From Candidatus Doudnabacteria bacterium (GTDB lineage Bacteria > Patescibacteriota > Doudnabacteria > UBA920), in contig CAWINB010000001.1 of the NCBI GenBank assembly GCA_963837465.1, positions 629,646 through 693,645 on the forward strand: a stretch of 64,000 nt of DNA, written 5' to 3'. A program made the position numbers and the translations under genes. The notes beneath the pieces were generated by a model. It worked only from the letters and a program-made list of their open reading frames with translations. It had not been told where the DNA came from and searched no databases. Position 1 is the first letter of the stretch. Every line of letters starts with the position of its first letter. Shown here piece by piece: positions 48,567 to 57,612 of this stretch.

Positions 48567-51336
48567 ATGGGGATGGAAAAAAACATTAAGCCTGTCATTA
48601 AAATTTATGATAGCGCACCAACACATTGTAGCGCAGCCATTAGTTCATCCAAGTTTATCCAATATCAATATTGGATACTTGCTTTGGCTACTGGCACTCA
48701 AAAGTATTCCAAGTTGGGAACGGCTAACTGGATACCTGTTAGGATACTTGGCCATTTTTACTTTGATCCTTGCCAAGTTTACCAATATTAACAGTCATGC
48801 TTTTGAAAAAATGAAGATTAAGCCCAAGGATTTGGAAAAACAACTTTCAGACACTCTATACTTCGAAATCACCATTGCCAAAAACTCCCAAACTACAGCT
48901 TTCCAAGTCCAGCAGAAAATCCTTAAAGCCTTCCACTCCATATATATTGACCCAGTGGAAGGCGCGCATAACTTTGGCTTTTTCTTTTTCTTCCAAAAGC
49001 TCTGGAGAAAGTTGAAGATCAACCGCTCCAAACAAGTTTTCTTTACCATGCAAGTTTGGGCTCAGCACCCATACATCTCTTTTAGGCTCCAAGTGCCAAA
49101 GGTAGAGTTCCAACGTCTGGAGAAAGCCATTTTTAACGCCTATCCTAATGCAGAAGTAGCCACACTAGATAAAAACAAAGCTCTTGAGGAAATTACCAAA
49201 TTTCCCAAGGGCTTTTTAAGTTATGGGGAAACTACAATAGAGGGACAGTTTTACCATAGGGTTAAGACTTTAAAAGATGTATCCAGTGACCCTGTTGATT
49301 CCATCATATCTACCATGGAAGGCCTTAAAAAAGGCCAGTTTATGATCTACAACGTCCTAGTATCTCCGGCTTCCCATTACTTTAACCAGCTAATCCATCA
49401 CCGTATTGAAGACCAGGAACAGCAAGGGGCGGTAAGCCAAGGAGATAAAAAGTTTGCACTACAGAAATGGGGCGCTGGTTCTGAACTGGCTAATGCCACA
49501 AACTCCGCCATGATAGAAAAAATGAAAGCCCCACTTTTCCAGACTATTGTGTCCTACTGGACAGTTGCAGATACAAAAGAGACGGCCGAAGCTAAACTCC
49601 GTAGCATCCAAGGCGTACTGACGGAAATCAACCAAAAAAATATGAACACGCTCAAGCACAATAGGCTGTTTACCAAACAGGTTAGCAAGTTGGAAAAGAA
49701 CGGCCAACTGAAAAATATTATTGACGGCAGGCCAATCTTTAAATTAAAAAGATTTTTCTTCTCCCCATTTGCCAAGTTTAAGAACTATGGGCAAATGCTT
49801 TCTGACAGTGAGCTTTATTCCTTTTGGCATTTACCCAATACTGCCATAAATACAGTATCTTCCATTAGGCTAACTAAGTTTAAAAAGCTCCCTGCTAGTC
49901 AACAACTTAGGGAACATGCTGATAATTTTTTCATTTCCCTTGGCCATGCCAATTTCAGGATGCAGGAAGAAACTCAAGTAGGTATTGCTACTTGGGAAGA
50001 TATGAAAAAACATATCTACATCTTAGGCGGAACAGGTAGCGGAAAATCTGAAACCTTAAAAACCATCCTAAGTAACCTGCTAGAGAAACAGGATGATGAA
50101 AAAACCGCCCTCTTGATAGTTGACCCTAAAAATGATTTCGCTACTGACCTGTTAACTATGATACCGGAGAGTAGAAAGCAAGACGTGGTTTACTTTAATC
50201 CCCAAAGACAAAAACAGAAACCCCTAGCGTTTCCTTTTTTTTCCAAGTTTTCAGGAGACAAGACCGATGAAGAGCGCTTAGAGTTTTTAATTTCCATAAT
50301 GAAACGCTTTGTGCAAATTGATTCCTCCTACTCCTGGGGGCCGGAGCTGGAAAACATTCTTAGGCAATTGTTTGCCACAGCGTTTGTCTTGCCCGAGCAA
50401 TCTCTGTCCGGACTGGATCTATTGCTCCACCAAAAAACTCAAATTCAAAATCTAGTAAGATATTTACCCCCAAGGCTTAAAGCCTTTTGGATGGATTCGA
50501 TTTTAAACAGGACGAATAACGATTTGGCTAAGTATTTAGCCACTACCAACAACAAACTGGGCAAGTTTTTAGACTATCCAGAGTTTATGAATATTGTTGA
50601 CCGCCAAGGCAGTAAAATATCTTTTGAGGATATGATTAACACCGGCAAGATATTTATCGCTAACCTTGGCTCGTGCAGCGAGCAAATGAAAAAATATTAT
50701 TCTGTCTATCTTACTGCTCACATTAGTGAAGCTATTTTTGACCAGGCCAGATTAAGTAGCCAAGACCGCAAACCCTGCGTGTTTGTGGTGGATGAATTCC
50801 AAAGAGTTGCCAGTGATATATTTGAAACCCTGTTTTCCGAGGTTAGGGCTTTTAATACCGCCTTAGTTATCTCTAACCAGTTCATGGGACAGTTAGATAT
50901 TAAAATCCAAAAATCCATAGAATCCAACATTGCCACTAAAATCTTTATGCGAACCCAGTCGGTTGATGACGCCGAGATTGCCGAGAAAATATTAGGCCAG
51001 AAGGTTTTAGTTGAAGACATTATTAACCTACCCACGGGTACGGCTTACATTAAAACCTTAGTTAAGGGTATTCCCCAAGACCCGATGTCTATTAATATCC
51101 AGAAAACCGAACATCCTAAAGATACTGCCAAAGACACCGAGGATTATTTTATCAGTATGGCTATGGACAAGTACGGTACGCCAATTGATGACATCGTAAG
51201 AGAACGCACCGCCGTAAACTCTCTCTATTATTCAGCCGGTGATAAAGAAAAAGAATTTCACGAAACTATGAGCAAGGGAAAAACTTTAACCATCCCGGAA
51301 GAAACACCAGAGGAAAAGACTAGTAATAATTTTTGA
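48556..51336 (+). CDS. Membrane-anchored P-loop ATPase of the FtsK/HerA/TraG-VirD4 (coupling-protein-like) superfamily
   Basis: 926 aa. The true start is probably downstream of the hairpin, around 48607. N-terminal TM helices (IGYLLWLLAL...LLGYLAIFTLILA). A C-terminal NTPase with Walker A ILGGTGSGKSETL, ALLIVDPKNDF, Walker B CVFVVDEFQ and ISNQ. The same architecture is seen in conjugative coupling and DNA-pumping ATPases. Confidence 0.5.
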   Translation: MRKKWGWKKTLSLSLKFMIAHQHIVAQPLVHPSLSNINIGYLLWLLALKSIPSWERLTGYLLGYLAIFTLILAKFTNINSHAFEKMKIKPKDLEKQLSDTLYFEITIAKNSQTTAFQVQQKILKAFHSIYIDPVEGAHNFGFFFFFQKLWRKLKINRSKQVFFTMQVWAQHPYISFRLQVPKVEFQRLEKAIFNAYPNAEVATLDKNKALEEITKFPKGFLSYGETTIEGQFYHRVKTLKDVSSDPVDSIISTMEGLKKGQFMIYNVLVSPASHYFNQLIHHRIEDQEQQGAVSQGDKKFALQKWGAGSELANATNSAMIEKMKAPLFQTIVSYWTVADTKETAEAKLRSIQGVLTEINQKNMNTLKHNRLFTKQVSKLEKNGQLKNIIDGRPIFKLKRFFFSPFAKFKNYGQMLSDSELYSFWHLPNTAINTVSSIRLTKFKKLPASQQLREHADNFFISLGHANFRMQEETQVGIATWEDMKKHIYILGGTGSGKSETLKTILSNLLEKQDDEKTALLIVDPKNDFATDLLTMIPESRKQDVVYFNPQRQKQKPLAFPFFSKFSGDKTDEERLEFLISIMKRFVQIDSSYSWGPELENILRQLFATAFVLPEQSLSGLDLLLHQKTQIQNLVRYLPPRLKAFWMDSILNRTNNDLAKYLATTNNKLGKFLDYPEFMNIVDRQGSKISFEDMINTGKIFIANLGSCSEQMKKYYSVYLTAHISEAIFDQARLSSQDRKPCVFVVDEFQRVASDIFETLFSEVRAFNTALVISNQFMGQLDIKIQKSIESNIATKIFMRTQSVDDAEIAEKILGQKVLVEDIINLPTGTAYIKTLVKGIPQDPMSINIQKTEHPKDTAKDTEDYFISMAMDKYGTPIDDIVRERTAVNSLYYSAGDKEKEFHETMSKGKTLTIPEETPEEKTSNNF

Positions 51337-51347
51337 TTTAAAAATCT

Positions 51348-52244
51348 ATGAGTTTCAACAACCCAGGTGTTAAATTAACCCCAAGAGTCGCAGGCTCTAA
51401 CTATCCCCTAAAGCTTAATCAGTCCGCTTTGGACATCTTAAGCTTAGTGTTTGAATTTAAACTTGCCGCCGCCTGGCACGTCTCGAGGTTTTTAACCCAA
51501 GAAAACCAAAACAAGTATGTCTATCTCAAACTCCGGCGGATGTGGCAGGCGGGCTATTTGGAAAGTTTTAAAGTCCATTCAGAATCCCTCCTTGGCTTTC
51601 CCGTCTACTACATGCTTTCCAAAAAAGGCTTAAGCATTTTAGCGGAGCACGGTCTTTATTCCCCCGGTCAACTCTCTAGTTATCCCTCCCCCAAAACTTT
51701 GTTTTCCCCACACCTGTTTAAACACGAAAGCCAAGTGGTGGAATTGGCCAGTTTGGAAGCCCAAAACCAGACTAAGGATTTAGATATCAAATTTAAAGGA
51801 GAACTAAGTTCACAAGGACAAAACATCCTAAGCGACAAGACTGTTGAAGCCTTAACTCCTGACTACACCGTTACATATATATCCGGCCAAACAGAACATA
51901 AAGTTTTTACCGAGTTTGAACGAACAGCAAAATCTAAAATGGCTCAAACTCGGAAGGTTGAAAGATACTTAAACTTTTTGGACTTTGAGCAGAGGCAGAC
52001 TGTAACCTTAAGGATAATTTTTCAGACATCTGGTATGGAGCAATCATTTTGGCTTAATGCTTTAACTAACCTGTCTAGGCTTTCCAGCTTAAGGATTGTT
52101 ACCACTAATCTTTCGTTACTAGACACCTCTAACCAGTTCCTTAAACCAATTTATAGTTCAGAGCAAACAGTAAAAATGGGAAGATTTGACGGGCGACTGA
52201 CTGTTAATACATCCGAGCGGATAAGGCTGTTTGAGTTTTTATGA
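51348..52244 (+). CDS. Hypothetical protein, possibly a replication-relaxation/plasmid replication-type wHTH protein
   Basis: 298 aa. An N-terminal wHTH-like segment (LDILSLVFEFKLAAAWHVSRFL...YVYLKLRRMWQAGYL) and a central H..HES.VVEL. The resemblance is weak and the call is pattern-based only. Confidence 0.3.
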   Translation: MSFNNPGVKLTPRVAGSNYPLKLNQSALDILSLVFEFKLAAAWHVSRFLTQENQNKYVYLKLRRMWQAGYLESFKVHSESLLGFPVYYMLSKKGLSILAEHGLYSPGQLSSYPSPKTLFSPHLFKHESQVVELASLEAQNQTKDLDIKFKGELSSQGQNILSDKTVEALTPDYTVTYISGQTEHKVFTEFERTAKSKMAQTRKVERYLNFLDFEQRQTVTLRIIFQTSGMEQSFWLNALTNLSRLSSLRIVTTNLSLLDTSNQFLKPIYSSEQTVKMGRFDGRLTVNTSERIRLFEFL

Positions 52245-52326
52245 GCTCAAAATTTTTGCCAGTAAATTTATTCATAGCCTGTAATGGACAAAAGAATGTA
52301 GTTCAACTAATTTTGCAGAAGTAATT

Positions 52327-53337
52327 TTATATACCCCTCTCTCCTAAAATATAAAATGTATTTAAAACTTCTTCTTTAATTTTGTGTGTATTGCCGTGTT
52401 TCAACATTCCTAAATAGGACTGCATTGTTTCGTTTGTGGGATGACCTTTCAAACGATTAAACATTCTTTTGCGGCTAGTTGTTCTCAAGACCTTATGTTT
52501 TGGGAAAACTATCCAACCTAAAAAATCAACTCCCGAAGATAATGTTTTTATAAAAACCTTATCTGGATGTAAGGCAAGTTTAAGTTCTGTATTTAAAAAA
52601 TCAGATATTTTTGGCAATAGGCCAAGTAAACAATTTTTACTTTGAGACAAAAAAACAAAATCATCGGCGTAACGGATATAATGCCGGATTTTGAGCTTGT
52701 GTTTTACAAACTGGTCAAACTCGTTCATATAAATATTACAAAATAACTGTGAGGTTAAATTGCCCAGCGGGAGTCCTTTTTTAGGTTCAACAAAATTAAA
52801 ACTATTTATTACATTTTGTAAAAGCCAAAGTACATTTTTGTCTGGAATATAACTTGTTATAATTCCCTGTAATTTAAAATGATCAATACTAGCAAAAAAC
52901 TTTCGTATATCACACTTAAGCACCCAAGCCGTTTTTGTATGATTTTTACTTACCTGTAAAGCAAAACTTTCAAACCTCTTAATTGCTTTATGCGTTCCTT
53001 TACAAACACGGCACGAATAGGAATCAGCGATAAAAGTTCTGTCAAAAAAAGGATACAGCTTTCGGTAAATAGCATGGTGTAAAACCCTATCCCTTACTTG
53101 GGCTTTATGAATATTACGCGGCTTGGGGTCTGTGATATTAAACGCTTTGTAATCCCCATGAATGTAACTAAAATTGGCAAGATCGCTCTGAAGCTGTAAA
53201 ATGTTATCAGCTAGACTCAAGCTAAACTCCTGAACATCTTTCTTATTTTTCTTACCAAATACAAACTCTTGCCACGCGGCAAATAAATTTTCGCGTGAAA
53301 TTACTTCCTCGTAGCTGGTTTTCAATTGAATTTTCAT
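52327..53337 (-). CDS. Diversity-generating retroelement (DGR) reverse transcriptase
   Basis: 336 aa. RT motifs include ...ITDPKPRNIHKAQVRDRVLHHAI (motifs 1-2), LKCDIRKFFASIDH (motif 3), and GLPLGNLTSQLFCNIYMNEFD. The [I/L]GxxxSQ variant of motif 4 is the DGR-RT hallmark, replacing the QGxxxSP of group II introns. YIRYADDFVFL has the YADD catalytic box. LALHPDK...GVDFLGW follows. The size (about 330-340 aa) and the lack of maturase or endonuclease domains fit a DGR RT. Confidence 0.8.
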   Translation of the reverse strand: MKIQLKTSYEEVISRENLFAAWQEFVFGKKNKKDVQEFSLSLADNILQLQSDLANFSYIHGDYKAFNITDPKPRNIHKAQVRDRVLHHAIYRKLYPFFDRTFIADSYSCRVCKGTHKAIKRFESFALQVSKNHTKTAWVLKCDIRKFFASIDHFKLQGIITSYIPDKNVLWLLQNVINSFNFVEPKKGLPLGNLTSQLFCNIYMNEFDQFVKHKLKIRHYIRYADDFVFLSQSKNCLLGLLPKISDFLNTELKLALHPDKVFIKTLSSGVDFLGWIVFPKHKVLRTTSRKRMFNRLKGHPTNETMQSYLGMLKHGNTHKIKEEVLNTFYILGERGI

Positions 53338-53396
53338 AATTAAGACATAAAAATGGCATTTAATTCACCCCCCCCCCCAACGCGAATTTTGGCAAT

Positions 53397-53744
53397 TTGC
53401 CAGTTTTACAAAAAATAACAAACGGTTACAAGCTTTGGCATAATTATTTACCACATCTTCCAAAACTGGTTAAGTATTCTTTGGCTGAAAAAATAAATAC
53501 TTTGTTTACAGATATTATTGAACTGATACTAACAGCCGGTTTTGCCGCTAAAGAGCATAAATCTGTTTTAGTGCAAAAGGCTAGCATTAAACTGGATACA
53601 CTCAAATATTTTTTACAATTAGCTTGGGAACTTAAAGCACTAGACAATAAACAGTTTTCTGCTATTTCCACGCCTTTAGTTGAAGTCGGTAAAATGCTTG
53701 GAGGATGGCAAAAGCAATTATTAAAAGAAACTCCTCCCAGATAG
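53397..53744 (+). CDS. avd: Avd-like accessory variability determinant (four-helix-bundle, 23S rRNA intervening-sequence protein family)
   Basis: 115 aa. Basic and helical, with the pattern LAEKINTLFTDIIELILTA...LDTLKYFLQLAWELKAL...EVGKMLGGWQK typical of the Avd/IVS family. It is divergently adjacent to the RT. Confidence 0.65.
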   Translation: MPVLQKITNGYKLWHNYLPHLPKLVKYSLAEKINTLFTDIIELILTAGFAAKEHKSVLVQKASIKLDTLKYFLQLAWELKALDNKQFSAISTPLVEVGKMLGGWQKQLLKETPPR

Positions 53745-53762
53745 GAGGAGTAAGAAGACAGT

Positions 53763-53892
53763 AGCGGGGAACAACGAACCGATCGTTGCGATTGTAGTTG
53801 TTGTCGACCCAATTGAAGTTGAGCACCCAACGCTGCGACTTCTCGTTCCAATTGAAGTAGGCAACGTTGCGGTTACGGTTGTCATCGAGCAA
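53763..53892 (-). repeat. DGR template repeat (TR)
   Basis: 130 bp matching 54245-54374 (VR). Every TR/VR mismatch falls where the TR has T on the plus strand, which is A on the minus-strand coding strand. The ORF-track entry 53662..53922 (-) is a spurious translation of the TR. Confidence 0.8.
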
Positions 53893-54224
53893 AATTATGC
53901 AAAACATCTTCTTATCCACCACCCCTTGAATACTCTTGGGGTTGTATTTTATTTGGGGCTATTAGCCCGCCAATACTTTGCACCGAGTATCTTCTTTTTA
54001 GATTTGCTAAAAAATACTCTACCGGAAACCGTGGCCGCCGATACTCTGATTTTTTAGCAATTCGCGATGTGGTTACCTGAAGCCATGACCGCAGGCACAA
54101 ATCCCATCTGTTTGGAGTATATCAAATTTTTCAATTTTTGAAAAAAAACGCCCGCATTTTGACCGAAGTCAAAATGCGGGCAATGCGAAGCGCCAAGGAA
54201 CCAAAACCCAAAAGAGCAAAGGGT

Positions 54225-54884
54225 TCAAGCGGCCAAGGGCAACTCGCGGGGAACAACGAACCGATCGCGGCGATTGTAGTAGCGGTCGACCCAAGGGAAG
54301 GAGAGCACCCAACGCCGCGACCGCTCGTGCCAATTGAAGTAGGCAACGCGGCGGCTACGGCTGACATCGAGCACCTCGGTAAGCGGCATAATAAAATAAT
54401 GCTTGCCGCGCGACTCGACCGGGAAGATTTCTTTCCCTTCCTCCTGCGCCTTCAACAGCGCAAAAGCGTAGCCGAGACTACCAATCGCTTTCATCTCGAT
54501 GGACCGCTGCAGCATGACTTCACCGCTGATGTAGTCGCCGTCACCATCCCGCAAAGGGCAGATGTAGTCGACATTGGCTAACTCGACGTCACCTTCCAGA
54601 CGGTCTTTACGGACGCCATCCTTGGTGACGTAAACCGAATAGCCGTTTGGCATCAGGCCGGTATCTTCAGCCCGAACGGGGGTGACGATGCCGCGAACCT
54701 TGTTGGCGTATTTCCTGATTACGGCTGCGATGTCGTCTTCCAAGCCCGTGCCTGGAAAACCCAATGCGGCTTGAAAGTGTTCTTCGGTAGTGCCTGACTT
54801 GCGAGCCGAGGCACGGAGACGTTCTTCGAGTTTACCTACTTGATTGTTGGATGGGGTAGATGGTGTGGTGGTCATCAGCGTCAT
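54225..54884 (-). CDS. DGR target (variable) protein; C-terminal variable region (VR) encoded at 54245-54374
   Basis: 219 aa. The C-terminal ...RRVAYFNWHERSRRWVLSFPWVDRYYNRRDRFVVPRE aligns to the TR-encoded NRNVAYFNWNEKSQRWVLNFNWVDNNYNRNDRFVVPRY. Asn (AAY) codons in the TR correspond to varied residues in the VR. The tail resembles the ...W...FRVV C-type-lectin-fold VR scaffold. Confidence 0.75.
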   Translation of the reverse strand: MTLMTTTPSTPSNNQVGKLEERLRASARKSGTTEEHFQAALGFPGTGLEDDIAAVIRKYANKVRGIVTPVRAEDTGLMPNGYSVYVTKDGVRKDRLEGDVELANVDYICPLRDGDGDYISGEVMLQRSIEMKAIGSLGYAFALLKAQEEGKEIFPVESRGKHYFIMPLTEVLDVSRSRRVAYFNWHERSRRWVLSFPWVDRYYNRRDRFVVPRELPLAA

Positions 54885-55163
54885 CCTCCTTATTCAATTT
54901 AGATTCAGTTCGCCGAAGCGAATCTGGGGTCAGCTTTCGCCTTAGCTTTAAATCCAAAAACTGTATTTTTTGGACAAATAGATAAGGCTAAAATTAACTT
55001 TTTATTGTACACTATTTTATTACTTATGTCAAGTTTAGCTTAATTGAGGGAAAATTTCCCTAAGTTAGCTCTTGGAGCTTTCCAATTGGCTAGTTCTTCT
55101 CGGTCTTGTTCTCCTGGGTTCATAAATTTATAGTTTCTGCCTAAGAGGCATTAGAGTTTAATT

Positions 55164-55658
55164 TTAGCGTTCGGCTAAATTTAAAGTAGCACCAAGAGTA
55201 TTAAGTTTTTGTTTTTCAACAGGACTTAATACTTGGTTAATGGCTTTATATAGGTCTGCTTCTAGTATAGTGCGTAGTGCAAGTTTTTCTCCATCCGTTC
55301 CAGGACTGTTTTTAATAAATTCTTGAAAATTTCTTGAATTCCTATTAATCTCTTCCACTGCATGTTGTAGATTATCATTATTTGTAGATGGACTATTGAG
55401 CTCGGTTCTAATTTGTTCCAATAAGCCGTTCAAGCTAAAGTGTATGAAATTGTCTACATCTTTTTTAAAATTTTCGGGAGAGGATGCCTGCACTTCATGT
55501 TGGCTTTTTTCTTGTTGTAATTTAACATCATGCTCGTGTGTTTGATATCCCACAATACCTAAAGCTGCAACACCACCTAACGCGGCGGCCTTACCAAGCT
55601 TGCCCGCACTTTTTTTTATATCTGGCTCCTCCGAAAAACCTCTATTTTCTCTTCCCAT
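55164..55658 (-). CDS. Hypothetical protein with N-terminal hydrophobic/Gly-Ala segment
   Basis: 164 aa, with no recognisable motif. Confidence 0.35.
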   Translation of the reverse strand: MGRENRGFSEEPDIKKSAGKLGKAAALGGVAALGIVGYQTHEHDVKLQQEKSQHEVQASSPENFKKDVDNFIHFSLNGLLEQIRTELNSPSTNNDNLQHAVEEINRNSRNFQEFIKNSPGTDGEKLALRTILEADLYKAINQVLSPVEKQKLNTLGATLNLAER

Positions 55659-56017
55659 AAAAAAATTTTATTTCTCCCAAAATGGGGATTATATTTTTAA
55701 ACAACGGCTTGATTAAGCCATCTCCGTTTCAACCACTGTGCACTGGAAGTGCACAGACTGCTCGCCGACTGGAAGTCGAGAACAGCGGAGGAATTATCTA
55801 TTAATTTTTACTGAAGTGACCGCCTGAAGGCGTGGGAACTCACCGCCCCAAATGGAGGCCTTAGATTAATTATATACCAATGGTAATTTAAAGCAATTCA
55901 AATAAGCACAATGTTGTCAGTTTCGTGGGCATGCCATATACCATCTACAGGCGGCTAAATTAACCGACTATAGATGACGGCGCAGAAAACAAAGTTCTCT
56001 GCGCCTACTCCAGACCC

Positions 56018-56251
56018 TCATCTTATCATGTGTCGAAATTCCCACAAATGCAACAAGAGGTCACCGGCAACGATAGCCCAAAAGAAGGCCTTGCGAGCTT
56101 TCCTTTTTGGGGATTCGTTCTGCACTCGTTTGAACATCTCTCGCGCGAACTGATAAGCTTCCTGTTCCCTTGAACGGTAGTCAGCTAATTCTGCCTCCGT
56201 CGCCTCTCTTAATTCATACTGCCTGAACCCGACTTGGACTGGTATTTTCAT
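56018..56251 (-). CDS. Hypothetical small protein
   Basis: 77 aa ORF in a coding-dense region of the block. Confidence 0.3.
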   Translation of the reverse strand: MKIPVQVGFRQYELREATEAELADYRSREQEAYQFAREMFKRVQNESPKRKARKAFFWAIVAGDLLLHLWEFRHMIR

Positions 56252-56347
56252 AACTCCTCCTTCTCCCTACCTCAAAAAATAAAATTTATTTGTTAAGGTA
56301 GAGGTGCAAGAGTCGGTTAAGAATCTTGCACATCCGCATACATGGCC

Positions 56348-56701
56348 CTATACGGCGGGCGAGAACATCTTAGCAACGGCCAGGGCTATCTTGATGCCTT
56401 CTTGAAGGCTGTAGCCCCAGTGGTCATTAACCCATCCTCCGCCGAACCGGGGGGTAAACCGGTCGTAGAACATGGAATACAACTGCATCTCTTGGCTGCC
56501 CTTTCTCAACTTGACTGTAGCACCGCCCCCGTGTCGAGGCCTGACATCACATTCAACTACCAGTCCCGCGGCCTCAAACTCGGGCACTTTTTCCGCAATC
56601 ATCTCCAGGTGCTTGCGAAAGGCTCGTACTGCTTGGCCGCCGCAGTCGTCATCGTACCTAAGCTCACTAGCTGCTTTTAGAAGTTGTTCTTGTGCGTTCA
56701 T
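56348..56701 (-). CDS. Hypothetical protein
   Basis: 117 aa ORF. Overlapping ORFs lie on the other strand, so this is the likelier coding strand from local context. The call is weak. Confidence 0.3.
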   Translation of the reverse strand: MNAQEQLLKAASELRYDDDCGGQAVRAFRKHLEMIAEKVPEFEAAGLVVECDVRPRHGGGATVKLRKGSQEMQLYSMFYDRFTPRFGGGWVNDHWGYSLQEGIKIALAVAKMFSPAV

Positions 56702-56903
56702 AAATCCCCCTTAAGTGGTCCGCTATTGCAAACAGTTGCTTCCCATTTGATTGGGACTTGCTGGCAGTTATCCAAATTACTGCCTAGCATTCGCTGTTTA
56801 CACGGAATGATTTTAGGGTTTGAAACCCTACTTTAATAAACAAATATTATTTACTAAGGTAGGGGCGGAAGATCAACAAAGAGCGTTGTTCTTCCGCGCC
56901 AGT

Positions 56904-57431
56904 TCACTTGCCGAACAGAAAGACGTTCACAAACTGGTCGAAGTGATTTTGTTCTCTTCGATAGCTCCGTTCGTCTTTTTTGACCGTGCTGATTTGGTAA
57001 GGGATGTCTTTGCGCACTTCTTGACGGAAGTCATCTGCGTTGCCGGATTCGATCAACTGGCAGGAGTCCCATTTTTTGAACACATAGCCTTCCAGCTCGC
57101 CACGGCAACGTTGTATGGACTGGAACTCGCCTGTATTTGAGACGGACCAGAAAGTCAGTTCGGAATAGAGAGAGTTGAAAAAAATTACCACGACCCCCTC
57201 ACGGATTATTTTGTCACCAACGGCAACTTTCGGCTCGAAGTCCTTCACGTAAAGAATACTGGCCTTTGAACCGCTGTCCTTGCCGGTGTCCGCGTTCTTG
57301 AAGTAGATATCGACGCTCTGCTTATCGCCAAGCAGCTTTTGCAAATTTTGCGTAAAGCTACTCCGTTCCGGCGCCTGGGCCATTGCGGCGATGGTGGTGA
57401 AAACGAAAATACTAAGCAAGCTCTTCATTTT
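56904..57431 (-). CDS. Secreted hypothetical protein (signal peptide MKSLLSIFVFTTIAAMAQA)
   Basis: The ORF track extends to 57521. The internal Met followed by a signal peptide is the probable start. Confidence 0.4.
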   Translation of the reverse strand, partial: KMKSLLSIFVFTTIAAMAQAPERSSFTQNLQKLLGDKQSVDIYFKNADTGKDSGSKASILYVKDFEPKVAVGDKIIREGVVVIFFNSLYSELTFWSVSNTGEFQSIQRCRGELEGYVFKKWDSCQLIESGNADDFRQEVRKDIPYQISTVKKDERSYRREQNHFDQFVNVFLFGK

Positions 57432-57612
57432 ATTGCCCTCCTTGGGCTTTGGGGGATAAAGTTGCCTCCGGTTCCGAATCCCTGGGTTCGGGGAGGTGCT
57501 ACAATCTATTGTAACTAGCAATTATCACATAAAATTATATTACTGTCAATAATAAGAACTTATTAAATATCATAAAAAACCTATTAATAAAGCTCAAAAT
57601 GGTATTATAGAA

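Noticed and set aside
52327-53337. Group II intron or retron identity for the reverse transcriptase
   Set aside because: There is no maturase (X) or endonuclease domain, and no intron RNA domain V/VI-like structure downstream. Motif 4 is LGNLTSQ rather than QGxxxSP, and a TR/VR pair with adenine-specific differences lies adjacent. A DGR RT is the better fit.
53662-53922. 86 aa minus-strand ORF (MVDKKMF...NRNVAYFNWNEKSQRW...)
   Set aside because: It is the DGR template repeat translated in the VR frame. Template repeats are non-coding, and its Asn-rich translation simply reflects the adenine-rich template.
54138-54581. 147 aa plus-strand ORF
   Set aside because: Antisense to the DGR target gene and its VR, with no features.
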